DNA of 45,888 bases from a virus (lineage: Duplodnaviria > Caudoviricetes), in IMG/VR virus record IMGVR_UViG_3300010052_000193, positions 1-45,888 of that record; one strand, written 5' to 3'. The translations under genes and the position numbers were made by a program. Each line of letters starts with the position of its first letter. Positions within the stretch are counted from its first letter, which is position 1. Shown one piece after another: positions 28,560 through 37,392 of the stretch. The notes beneath the pieces are model-generated. The model was not told where the DNA came from and ran no database searches. It worked only from the letters and a program-made list of their open reading frames with translations.

Positions 28560-28835
28560 TCAACGTTTCTTCTTGACCTTCTTGAACTCCAGGAAGCCGA
28601 AGTCGGGCCGGAAGGTCCGGTATCGGACGGCCATGTAGGCGTACGGGTTGTCGCATGGATCGATGCAGTCGTATGCGGCCATGTAACGCCATGGACCGTC
28701 TTTACTCGGGTACGAGATACCGTACTTGGTCGCGAAGCCGACGACTCCGGGTCGATAGTCTTCAGCCGGAATCGGAAGCGAATGGGTTTCCTGACCGGCG
28801 ATCCCGAGTGCGAGGACGAGCGTAGCTCCGAACAT
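28560..28835 (-). CDS. Small secreted protein (91 aa)
   Basis: AAGGAGG RBS; signal-peptide-like N-terminus; basic tail. Confidence 0.6.
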   Translation of the reverse strand: MFGATLVLALGIAGQETHSLPIPAEDYRPGVVGFATKYGISYPSKDGPWRYMAAYDCIDPCDNPYAYMAVRYRTFRPDFGFLEFKKVKKKR

Positions 28836-28877
28836 TGAGGGCCTCCTTAACGGCGAGTCGATTTAGATGATCTTAGC

Positions 28878-29138
28878 TTAGTACGCGCCGCGATGCGGCG
28901 TGGGATGTGCGCCGCATCGGATCACCCGGACGACCGAGCTGGTCCCTTCGACGTCCAAGTAAACGAAGCTCCTGTCGTGCAGGTGCATGAGCCTCGCCGC
29001 CGGGTACTCCCGGAAGACCGGCTCGTCGGTCCCGTCGTCCTGGACCCATTTCGAGCCGTCCGAAAGGCGGTAGACGTTGCCGCCCCGGTAGCCGTAGAAC
29101 GTGCCGACCAGGTGCCCGTTGAAGATCACGTCGTCCAT
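28878..29138 (-). CDS. Hypothetical protein (86 aa)
   Basis: GGAGGTG RBS; F.G..G..VYRL.DGSKW.Q motif. Confidence 0.65.
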   Translation of the reverse strand: MDDVIFNGHLVGTFYGYRGGNVYRLSDGSKWVQDDGTDEPVFREYPAARLMHLHDRSFVYLDVEGTSSVVRVIRCGAHPTPHRGAY

Positions 29139-29359
29139 AGATCCACCTCCACGCGGAACCTAACGCGCCAGTGGACCCATGTCCATAAGGGATCGGATGT
29201 GCATGGCAATTTGACAGCGACCGTCGCACCGTGTCATGATGGGATCGTCGATGTCGCAATCCGCCCACGATCCGAGAGGAGAACGCCTAGTCGAGCACGG
29301 ATTTTCGCCGACGATAGAGCGGCGAACCCTATGAGCAGTTTGGATGGAGCACACGCCTG

Positions 29360-29575
29360 ATGGCGTCCTCACCCGCATCATCGTCCGTCGTCCTCGAACC
29401 GCTTCTCTCGATCACCGACGTCGCCAAGATCCTTTCTTGCAGCCGCCGACTGGTGGAACGCATGCTCGCTTCCGGGAAGTTCCCCGCCTCGGACGTGCGC
29501 GTCGGCCGCATGCCACGCTGGGAGCGTGAGACCGTCGCACGGTGGATCGCCGACTCCAAGAAGCACCGGTCTTGA
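29360..29575 (+). CDS. xis: Excisionase/AlpA-type HTH
   Basis: LLSITDVAKILSCSRRLVERMLASGKFP...VGRMPRWERETV; directly upstream of the integrase. Confidence 0.8.
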   Translation: MASSPASSSVVLEPLLSITDVAKILSCSRRLVERMLASGKFPASDVRVGRMPRWERETVARWIADSKKHRS

Positions 29576-29593
29576 CGTCCAGGAGGGGCGACG

Positions 29594-31081
29594 ATGGCGA
29601 GTCTACGGAAGCGTGGGAAGGTCTGGTATTTCGCGTTCATCGACTCCGAAGGGCGTCGGGTCGAACGCAAGGGTTGTTCGGATCGGCAGGCCACCCGCGA
29701 GATGGCTCGCGAGGCCGAAGCCGAGGCCGCGAGGATCAAGGCAGGGCTGGTCGATCCCAAGGAATTGGCCAGGCGTGAGCACGCGGCCAAGCCGGTCTCC
29801 CATCACGTCGCGGCGTGGGGCGAGGCGTTGGCGGCGAGGGGCGGCACCGAACGGCACGTCTCCATGTCGGTCGGCCGGGTCCGTCGGCTGATCGCAGTCG
29901 CCCGGGGGGCCGAGCCCTCCGAGGCCGAGTATCCCCGCACAGCGAGCATGGCCGAGCGGGAAGAATACGAAAAACGATTGTCCGAATGGCTGAAGGCCGG
30001 GCGTCTCGGCGACCTGACGCCCGAGGCCGTCCAGCGGGCTTTGGGGGCGCTCCGAGCCCGGGGCATGTCCCTCCAGTCGCTCAACCACCATCGGGCGGCC
30101 GTACGGTCGTTCGCGATCTGGTGCCACGACACGAACCGGCTGAGGGAGAACACCCTTCGCGGCGTGAAGGGATTCAACGCCAAAGAGGATCGCCGGCACG
30201 ATCGACGAACGATCAGCCTGGAGGAGCTGAAGAGGATCGTGGAGGCCGCCGCCGCCGGCCCCGTCGTGCTCGGCATGACCGGCCCTTGCCGGGCGTTGTG
30301 CTACCGACTGGCCGTCGCGTCGGGGCTCCGGTTCTCGGAGCTGGCCAGCATCAAGCCCGGGTCGTTCGGCTGGGAAGACGAGCCGGCCACCGTGAGCGTC
30401 GAACCCTCCTACACGAAGAACGGCGAGCCTGCCGTCCAGCCGATCCCGCCCGACCTGGCCGTCGACCTGATGCGGTTCGTCGCGACGATCCCGCCGGACG
30501 AGCCCGTCTTCCCGCTCCCCCACGACCGGGGGGCCGAGATGCTACGGGCCGATCTGGCGGCGGCAGGCGTCCCCTACGCGGATGCATCCGGCCGGTTCTT
30601 CGACTTCCACAGCTTACGTTGCCAGACGGCAACCCTGCTCGACGCGGCCGGGGTGTCGCCTCGCGTGGCCCAGCGGATTATGAGGCACTCGACGCCCGGC
30701 CTGACCGACCGCTACACCAAGCCCCGGGCCGTCGACGTCGATCGCGCCGTCATGTCGATCCCGCCGCTGGCCCCGGCGAAAGCCCATCCATCCACCATGG
30801 CCGCGACCGGTACGGATGATCAACCCATAAACGATCCCTTTGCCGCACATTTGCCGCACGCGGGAGACGTTTCCGGTCGGTATTCGTCGCATGCTGACGT
30901 GACGACGAAGAAGGATGGCCATTCTTCGATGGAGCGTTTTCCCCGTAAAACAGGGGATATAAACGAAGGAAGCCGCCCGGAGGCGGCTTCCTTCGCGAGT
31001 GACCGGGCTGGGACTCGAACCCAGGACCAACGGATTAACATACCTCATCGGCTTTCACCGACAGGCCGGCACTTGACGTGA
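29594..31081 (+). CDS. int: Tyrosine integrase
   Basis: SGLRFSEL, TKNG, FHSLR, MRHS...T.RY catalytic motifs; AGGAGG RBS. Confidence 0.93.
   Translation: MASLRKRGKVWYFAFIDSEGRRVERKGCSDRQATREMAREAEAEAARIKAGLVDPKELARREHAAKPVSHHVAAWGEALAARGGTERHVSMSVGRVRRLIAVARGAEPSEAEYPRTASMAEREEYEKRLSEWLKAGRLGDLTPEAVQRALGALRARGMSLQSLNHHRAAVRSFAIWCHDTNRLRENTLRGVKGFNAKEDRRHDRRTISLEELKRIVEAAAAGPVVLGMTGPCRALCYRLAVASGLRFSELASIKPGSFGWEDEPATVSVEPSYTKNGEPAVQPIPPDLAVDLMRFVATIPPDEPVFPLPHDRGAEMLRADLAAAGVPYADASGRFFDFHSLRCQTATLLDAAGVSPRVAQRIMRHSTPGLTDRYTKPRAVDVDRAVMSIPPLAPAKAHPSTMAATGTDDQPINDPFAAHLPHAGDVSGRYSSHADVTTKKDGHSSMERFPRKTGDINEGSRPEAASFASDRAGTRTQDQRINIPHRLSPTGRHLT
30964..30995 (-). terminator. 14-bp perfect hairpin just downstream of the tRNA 3' end
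   Basis: CGAAGGAAGCCGCC-N4-GGCGGCTTCCTTCG, followed by TTTAT on the minus strand. Confidence 0.75.
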
Positions 31082-31371
31082 CGGCGTTGAAGGTCTGGAC
31101 TATCTCTTCGCCATCGCAGGCGCGCCGCGTCTAGTCTCTGAGGCCGGGGCCGATGATCCATCGGTCCCTTGCCTGCTGATTACCCAATCCCTCGACTTCT
31201 CGACCGTCACGATCGCCGTCGCCGGCCTCGTTGTGGTGCGAGGGCTCTCAGGGCGTCCCAGCATACTGCGGCGTCCACTCATCGCGGTTCGGCTTCTTCC
31301 CGCGCGAGGCTCCGAATGCAGTGGAATTCTGCTACTGAAGTCCGTTGCTCTACCGACTGAGCTACCCGGTC
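31000..31371 (-). tRNA. tRNA-Lys(UUU) split by a group I intron (exons 31371-31338 and 31038-31000; no encoded CCA)
   Basis: Joined exons give a 73-nt cloverleaf: GACCGGG/CCCGGTC acceptor stem, ACGGA-CTTTTAA-TCCGT anticodon arm, GGTTCGAGTCC T-arm. Confidence 0.93.
31039..31337 (-). ncRNA. Group I self-splicing intron, 299 nt, no ORF
   Basis: 5' exon ends in U and the intron ends in G; P AUGCUGGGA, Q AAUCAGCAGG, R UCAGAGACUA, S AAGAGAUAGUCC; P3, P4 and P7 pairings; GAAA-capped P9. Confidence 0.92.
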
Positions 31372-31625
31372 GCGAGTTGTCAAAGACACGATCAAGGTAC
31401 GCTTTTCAGCGACGAGAGTCCAGCCCCGATCAACTTCCCGGGGCGCGGCGGCGCGTTCCGAGCGTCTTTCTCGCCGACCCGGCTTCGCGTTTCGATCGGG
31501 CCACGGAGGAGTCCCGCAACTGGACCTGAACGCATAACTCCGGTATAGTCTCGACGGCGACGATTGTTTAGCAAGCCTTGAATATTTGCGGCGGCGGGTT
31601 CGTCTTGCGAAAGGGATCGACGGCG

Positions 31626-32574
31626 ATGGCAAGACGGTCGGGGGGGGATGGATGCGGCGATTTCCGTCGCAAGGGGGCCACGAGGCGCGAGGCGTTGCGA
31701 GCCGGGGCGCTGGCCCTGTCGGGGCTCGGGCTGCCGCAACTCTTCGCTAAGGCTCAGGCCGAGCGGTCGGGCGGGCCCGGGCGTGCATCCTCATCTTCCA
31801 GTGGGGAGGGCCCAGCCACCTGGACACCTGGGATCTCAAGCCCGACGCCCCGGCCGGCGTGCGGGGCGAGTTCTCGCCGATCGCCACGAGCACCCCGGGC
31901 CTGTTCATCAGCGAGCATTTCCCGATGCTCGCGGCGCGGACGCACCGGCTGGCGGTGATCCGGTCGATGACCCATGACGACCCGGCCCACCTCTCGACGG
32001 CCCATCGCGTGGTGACGGGGCACGTCGCGCCCCGGCCGAACTCCGACGGCGACGGCCCGTCGCCGAACGACTGGCCGCACCTGGGGGCGCTCGTCGCCAG
32101 GGTGCATCCGCGCGCCGGCGCGATTCCCGACTCGGTGATGATGCCCTGGTCGGTCGCCCACCCGGCCGCCCCGGGGGGCAGGGCCCCTGTGCAGCACGGG
32201 GGATGGCTGGGCAAGGCGTTCGACCCGTTCCGGGTCGAGGGGGATCCCAACGCGCCCGACTTCGTCGTCCCCGGGCTCGGACTCCCCGACGGCGTATCGA
32301 TCGAGCGTCTCAACGAGCGTCGTGCGATGCTCTCGACGGCAGGCGACGCGCTCGACGTCCCGTCCTGGGACGTCTTCCAGGCCAGGGCGCTCGACGCCCT
32401 CGGCTCGGCGGAGGCGCAGGGCGCCTTCCGCCTCGACGGTGAGCCCCACTCCATCCGCGACATGTACGGCCGGCACATCCATGGCCAGTGCCTCCTGATG
32501 GCTCGTCGCCTCGTCGAGGCCGGCGTCCGGCTCGTCACGGTCAACTGGCACGACGACGGTCGATCGTTCTGGGA
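31626..32574 (+). pseudogene. DUF1501 family gene, frameshifted near 31770 and truncated at FW-D(TH)
   Basis: TRREAL leader; CILIFQWGGPSHLDTWDLKP in another frame; GQCLLMARRLVEAGVRLVTV; family-like sequence stops after TTCTGGGA. Confidence 0.85.
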
Positions 32575-32687
32575 AGTTCAAGCGGCCCTTTTCGCAAGTC
32601 GTTCAGCCGCCTAGAATTCTGACTTAAGACCTATATCCCATAAGACGTTATGTGATCCCAGGCTGTCTCGTCTTGTTCCAGCCTTTC

Positions 32688-32990
32688 TCACTTCGTTTCA
32701 GGGTTTTTGGTGATCCTATTGGTGATCCCGGGCTCTGGGGCCGAAATCGGCTTGGTACTCCCGGTCCTACGCAGCGGGGGGCCGCAGGCGACCTTGCTGC
32801 CTATCCTCCCGGTGCTGATATCCCGATTGAAACGACGCAATGTCTCCGGGTCGAATTCGTACCCGCACTCGACTGCATCGTCCCAGTGTCTCCGGGCTGA
32901 AGTCTCGTCCCCTTCCTTTGCGCTCTTGAACGCCTGCCGGAGCAGCCTGGGGATTCTGCGCCTCGGATTACCTGCGTCGTCCGCGAACAT
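32688..32990 (-). CDS. Hypothetical protein (100 aa, MFADDAGN...)
   Basis: GGAGG RBS before ATG 32990. Confidence 0.5.
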   Translation of the reverse strand: MFADDAGNPRRRIPRLLRQAFKSAKEGDETSARRHWDDAVECGYEFDPETLRRFNRDISTGRIGSKVACGPPLRRTGSTKPISAPEPGITNRITKNPETK

Positions 32991-33005
32991 ATCTCGCCTC
33001 CAATG

Positions 33006-33041
33006 AAAAGCCCGGCGCATCCATTCTAGGACACGCCGGGC
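33006..33041 (-). terminator. Intrinsic terminator after the helicase gene
   Basis: GCCCGGCG/CGCCGGGC stem followed by TTTT on the minus strand. Confidence 0.7.
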
Positions 33042-33075
33042 GTGTTAGGTTTCGGGGTGGGGTCGGATGATCGCC

Positions 33076-36000
33076 TTAGTCGCTCTTGCGGGTGATATTG
33101 GCGAACATCTTCGCGAGGGTCTCGGCCGTCATCTCTGGGACCTCGAAGTCATCGTCGTCATCGTCGTCCTCGAAGTCGGCGAAGAAGTCGCCCTCTTCAT
33201 CGTCCTCGTCGTCATCGGGGCCGTGGACGCAGGTCGGGAGTTCCGAGCACTCGTCCTCGCACAGCGAGTCGCTGCACTCGAAGGCAGGCTTGTCCGACTC
33301 CTTCTGCTTGACCAGGGCCTCGGCGGCATCGAGCCGGGCGGCATCGAGTTCGAGCCCATCCTTCATCGTCGGCTCGGGGTTCGCGTTGAACTCGTCGAGC
33401 TTCCGGCTGAAGGCTTCGGACTTGGCCAGGGCTTCCCCGACCAATTGAAGCTCCGTGGGCAGGCCGTCGAACAGGCTGGGCTCGGGATTGGCGGCCTTCG
33501 CCAGCTCATCCCCGGGCTTCCGCTTCTTGGGCCCGCTCTTGACCTTGCCCCACGACCGCTGCATGTCGGAGTCGTCGATCCGGTCGGCCAGGCTCTTGGC
33601 CAGGGCCATCTGGAGGTTGTTTTCCCCGGCCATCGCCGCCAGCCCGTCCTCCGAGAACTCGCCTTCGAGGGCCTGGGCCGCCGCCATCTTGCGGGACATC
33701 AGGCTCATCGCGTTGTGCTGCATCGTGTCCCGGTAGTACAGGTAGTAGACGCGGCAGTCGCGGGGTTGGCCGATGCGCCACGCCCGCCGGGCGGCCTGAC
33801 GCATCGTGAACAGGTTGTACCCCGTCTCGTAGAAGACCAGGGTCGAATAGTTGTGCCCGCCGGACGCCTTGCTGAACAGGTCCAGCCCGGTGCTGACGAG
33901 GCTCGGGTGGGAGATCATCACGTCGTAGTCCCGGCCGTTCTGGGCGATCCACGCCTCGCGGTCAATCGGGTTGACGTCCGTCGAGCGGAGCACGCCGACC
34001 TTCAGGCCCTCGGCCTCCAGCAGCTTCTTCAGCCGGGGCTGGATGTTCCGCTTGCCGGTCATCTGGACGTAGACCCAGGTCTGGCGGCCGTCCTTCTTCT
34101 GCATCTTGCAGATGTCGATGAGGGCCTGCTCCTTCGGGTAGGTCACGTCCTCGGGGAGATCCGCCGGGGTGACCACGCCGACCCAGTTGTCGATCTTCCG
34201 GTCGCCCGGGATCTTCCAGTAGCCGACCGTGTGAGGAAGGCCGGTCTGGGGCTGGATGACGCACTCGACGTCGCGGACGGTGAACTTGCCGACCGTCACC
34301 GAGGAGATTTTCGTCCCGCGTCCCCTGACGAGCGATCCATCGGCGATCTGGGACATGACGATCGTGTCGCCCTGCTTGGGCCTCAGCCCAATCTCGTTCG
34401 CCATCGCCTCGGGCAGCGAGATGCTCGCGGCCCCGGTGTCGTACGCCAGGGCCTTCGTGACGTTGCCGTTAAACGTGACGTCCAGCCAGAAGATCCCGCC
34501 CTTGCTCCTCAGCGGGATGCGATCCGTCTCGGTGACGCCGTCCACAGTCTTCGACAGGACAAGCTCGGTGGCCGCCGAGTCGAACTGGTAGTCGAAGTTC
34601 CCGAGAAATGCCTGCCCTAGCAGCCCCGGGGCCTGCCTCTCCTGGTCGGCCTCTCGCTCGTCGATCGCCTTCCGGACCTCCAGATCGTGACCCCAGCCGA
34701 ACGGCTTGTCCGGGTAGTCCATCGTGGTCCAGAGGTAGGCCCCGAGGAGCTTCATGCTCCCGGCCTGGAGGATATCCTTGTTCGCCTCCTCCAGCCTGGA
34801 CTTGATCCGGTTGTACTCGGCGGCCTGCTCGGGCGTCATCGGGACCGCCGTGTCGTACCAGCCGTCGATCGAGCGGTCGTGCCGGTCCAATTCGTCCTCG
34901 GTTGCCCCGGAGGGCTCGGCCGGCTCGGGCCCGCCGATGTACTCGAACAGATCCGGGAGTTCGTCCGCCAGTTCCTCCAGCGTGATGAACATGGATGACC
35001 CGATCATGTGCCTGCCGAACATCGTCGGCATGACCCCGGGCCGGACGACCTTCATGCACTTCTGGTCCCCGGTCTTGGCCCGCCGCATCGACTTCGCGTT
35101 GCCAGCCACCGATGTCGAGCCCCCCTCCTCGGAGGTCTTGACGATCCGGTCGATCCGGCCGTACTTCTCGCTGAACGCCAGGTCCTTGCCCCACTCGAAG
35201 CCCTCATCCCGAAGCGACCGGGGCGTGAGCCGCATCATGAGCGGGAACAGGTGGTGGGCGTACCCGCCTATGATCGTGCCGGTGAGAGCCAGCGTGTGCC
35301 GGGCCGAGGAGATCAGCTTGCCGCACGCCATGCTCTGGGCCGACTCGTCCGACTTCTGCTCGTGGACCTCATCGATGATCAGGTAGTCGAAGAACCGCCG
35401 CATCTTCTTCTGGATGATGCGGGCCGGCGACCACCGGACGGGCTTGGACACGTAGTTGTAGAGCGGCTCCCCGCACGACATCACGCGGTAGCGACGTCCC
35501 GCCTGGGAGAACGTGTCGGCTGGGCGGCCCGTGGCCCGGTCAGCCGGCTTCTTGTCGGCGAACCGGCTGGGCAGCGGGGAGATCCGGTCCAACCCCTCGT
35601 GCCGGGGCTTCTCGGCCTCCGGGATCTCGACGGCGTAAAGGCCCTGGCAGGTCTTCTGCGTCGCCCCCTTGGTCTTCGCGGAGAAGTCCTTCTCCGCCAT
35701 CGGGACGCCCTTCTTGTCGACGAGGCGGTTGCCGCACTTGGGGCAGGCGTAGACGGTGCCGTGGACGTTCTTCGACCCGGTCACCCGGCCGTAGTCGTCC
35801 TTCTCGAAGACCTTGTCGACCACGACGGACTTGGCCGACAGGCTCTTGGTCGAGGTCTTGCCGCCGAACCGCGTGCCCAGGTCGGCGATGCCCACCCAGT
35901 CGGACAGCCACTTCGCCTGGTTGCGTCCCAGGACGTACCACTCGGCCCCTTGCGGCTTGGACCATCGACCCCCCTGCCCTTTGCTGAGCAGGGAGACGAC

Positions 36001-36594
36001 GTCGCGGAGCGTCCGCCTGGTGCCGGACTCCGGCTTGGCCGCGCCTTTCTTTTTGGACGCCACGGCCTCTTCCTCGGCGGAGCCGAAGCGAGCGGCCTTG
36101 GCACCTGGGATGGTCTCCTCGATCTCGCGGCACCACTTGCCGATCAGGTGGTCCGGGCAGAGGATCAGGGCCCGGTAGTTCCCGCCCTTGCCGCCCTGCT
36201 TGCGGCTCTTGGAGGCGTGCTTATGGGCGCTGACCATTCCTAAAAGCGTTTTCCCGGTTCCCATTTCCCCGACGATGAAACCGGAGCCCACTCGGTCCAT
36301 CATCTTGCCGGCGGCGGCGATGACGTGCTTCTGGCAAGGGAACGGCTCCCGGAGCAGTTCGCCCATATCGGGGAGTTCGTCCTGCCCGGGGATGTGCAGC
36401 GGTGTCAGGGCGTGGATGGCCTTGTGGCCGAGGATCTTGCCATACGAGCCGAGGTATCCGTCCATCGAGTCGATCTCGGAGAGCGGTTTGACCCGGAACG
36501 GGATGGTCCCGACGGGGGCCTTGGTCTCCTTGGGCTCCTCGAACATGAGTTCCTCAAGGGTGCTGATTGTCTCGTCGAAAACATTGTGGTCCAT
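33076..36594 (-). CDS. SNF2-like SF2 helicase (ICE type) with Zn-ribbon insert, internal retropepsin-like domain and acidic tail
   Basis: GEMGTGKT, IIDEVH, ALTGT, LVSTGLDL, QAARRAWRIGQ; insert containing YDTGA. Confidence 0.9.
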   Translation of the reverse strand: MDHNVFDETISTLEELMFEEPKETKAPVGTIPFRVKPLSEIDSMDGYLGSYGKILGHKAIHALTPLHIPGQDELPDMGELLREPFPCQKHVIAAAGKMMDRVGSGFIVGEMGTGKTLLGMVSAHKHASKSRKQGGKGGNYRALILCPDHLIGKWCREIEETIPGAKAARFGSAEEEAVASKKKGAAKPESGTRRTLRDVVSLLSKGQGGRWSKPQGAEWYVLGRNQAKWLSDWVGIADLGTRFGGKTSTKSLSAKSVVVDKVFEKDDYGRVTGSKNVHGTVYACPKCGNRLVDKKGVPMAEKDFSAKTKGATQKTCQGLYAVEIPEAEKPRHEGLDRISPLPSRFADKKPADRATGRPADTFSQAGRRYRVMSCGEPLYNYVSKPVRWSPARIIQKKMRRFFDYLIIDEVHEQKSDESAQSMACGKLISSARHTLALTGTIIGGYAHHLFPLMMRLTPRSLRDEGFEWGKDLAFSEKYGRIDRIVKTSEEGGSTSVAGNAKSMRRAKTGDQKCMKVVRPGVMPTMFGRHMIGSSMFITLEELADELPDLFEYIGGPEPAEPSGATEDELDRHDRSIDGWYDTAVPMTPEQAAEYNRIKSRLEEANKDILQAGSMKLLGAYLWTTMDYPDKPFGWGHDLEVRKAIDEREADQERQAPGLLGQAFLGNFDYQFDSAATELVLSKTVDGVTETDRIPLRSKGGIFWLDVTFNGNVTKALAYDTGAASISLPEAMANEIGLRPKQGDTIVMSQIADGSLVRGRGTKISSVTVGKFTVRDVECVIQPQTGLPHTVGYWKIPGDRKIDNWVGVVTPADLPEDVTYPKEQALIDICKMQKKDGRQTWVYVQMTGKRNIQPRLKKLLEAEGLKVGVLRSTDVNPIDREAWIAQNGRDYDVMISHPSLVSTGLDLFSKASGGHNYSTLVFYETGYNLFTMRQAARRAWRIGQPRDCRVYYLYYRDTMQHNAMSLMSRKMAAAQALEGEFSEDGLAAMAGENNLQMALAKSLADRIDDSDMQRSWGKVKSGPKKRKPGDELAKAANPEPSLFDGLPTELQLVGEALAKSEAFSRKLDEFNANPEPTMKDGLELDAARLDAAEALVKQKESDKPAFECSDSLCEDECSELPTCVHGPDDDEDDEEGDFFADFEDDDDDDDFEVPEMTAETLAKMFANITRKSD

Positions 36595-36714
36595 AGATGC
36601 TAGTCCCCGGGGTAGTGGCCAGAAGTATGTCGTTGGTTCAGGGCGAGCGGAGCGGTCACTTCATGCGCGAGAGAAGGCCGGCGATAGCCAGTTGGTTCTT
36701 AAGATCAGCAATCT

Positions 36715-37392
36715 GGCCTTCCTTTAGTAATCGGACAAAAAACAACGCTAAGGCCGGTCTGCCCCGGAACTCGACGGCTGGGCTACGGCCTGGGACGTTG
36801 ATTCCGGGACGGATATCGAGACGGTTTTTGGCCCTCCCGCGGCCGGTCAAGCCGCTTCGGAAGGAAGTGCCGAAAAGGCGCTATTTCGGGATGTTCTGTC
36901 GGAAAGGCGACCTGGTAGATTCGGGCCCCTGCAATTAGCCTACCCAGGTCAACGGGCGGGCTAATTGCGGAAGGGGGCCATCGGCCATGAAGACCGCGAG
37001 GCGACGGATATCGGTTCGGGGTTTGCTGGTCGTCATCGCTCTCGTTGGCGTCACTCTCGCACTCATAAGACCCTTGCGGCCTATGAGCAGAGCGGCGGCG
37101 ATTCGGATTGCGAGGCAATACGCCTTGGAGGTTTACCCAGGCATCCACCTCGACGAATATGCGATTTCGGCTCCCACCCGCTCCGACTGGTTTGAAGAAT
37201 GGGCGGTCTACTTCCGCCACACATCGCAGAACGCAGGATTCCTCATCGATGTTGCAGGCGGCGACCTCTACAACGGCAACAAGGTGCGGGTGTTCGTGGA
37301 CAACGAGTGGGGCAACCGGCCCTGATACGCCCCGTCGAACGGACTGGCTATCGTCTTAGCGTTGTTTTTTGTCCGTTTACTACGGGAAGGCC
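36715..37392. mobile_element. Non-autonomous Tn3-family cassette (MIC/MITE-like), 678 bp
   Basis: 38-bp IRs (36715-36752, 37355-37392; 35/38 identical) ending ACGCTAAG; 5-bp TSD AATCT on both flanks. Confidence 0.9.
36987..37325 (+). CDS. Passenger membrane-anchored protein (112 aa)
   Basis: RRISVRGLLVVIALVGVTLA N-terminal anchor; sole convincing ORF in the cassette. Confidence 0.7.
   Translation: MKTARRRISVRGLLVVIALVGVTLALIRPLRPMSRAAAIRIARQYALEVYPGIHLDEYAISAPTRSDWFEEWAVYFRHTSQNAGFLIDVAGGDLYNGNKVRVFVDNEWGNRP

Larger units (their letters stand above)
1..31038. mobile_element. Prophage (HK97-fold, long non-contractile tail type) integrated at the tRNA-Lys 3' end; left end outside the window
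   Basis: Co-oriented terminase, portal, protease, capsid, neck and tail genes, a replication module, and xis/int ending at a tRNA 3' exon. Confidence 0.93.

Noticed and set aside
31039-31337. Intron-encoded homing endonuclease or other ORFs at 31100-31632
   Set aside because: The intron is only 299 nt; the overlapping ORFs have no motifs and are shadows of structured RNA
32632-32660. dif-like CATAA-GACG-TTATG near the element junction
   Set aside because: The spacer is 4 bp rather than the 6 bp of dif and the XerD arm does not match; at most an accessory binding site
34249-34632. Helicase insert as an intein
   Set aside because: No N-terminal C/S Hint block or terminal HN; the motifs are retropepsin-like
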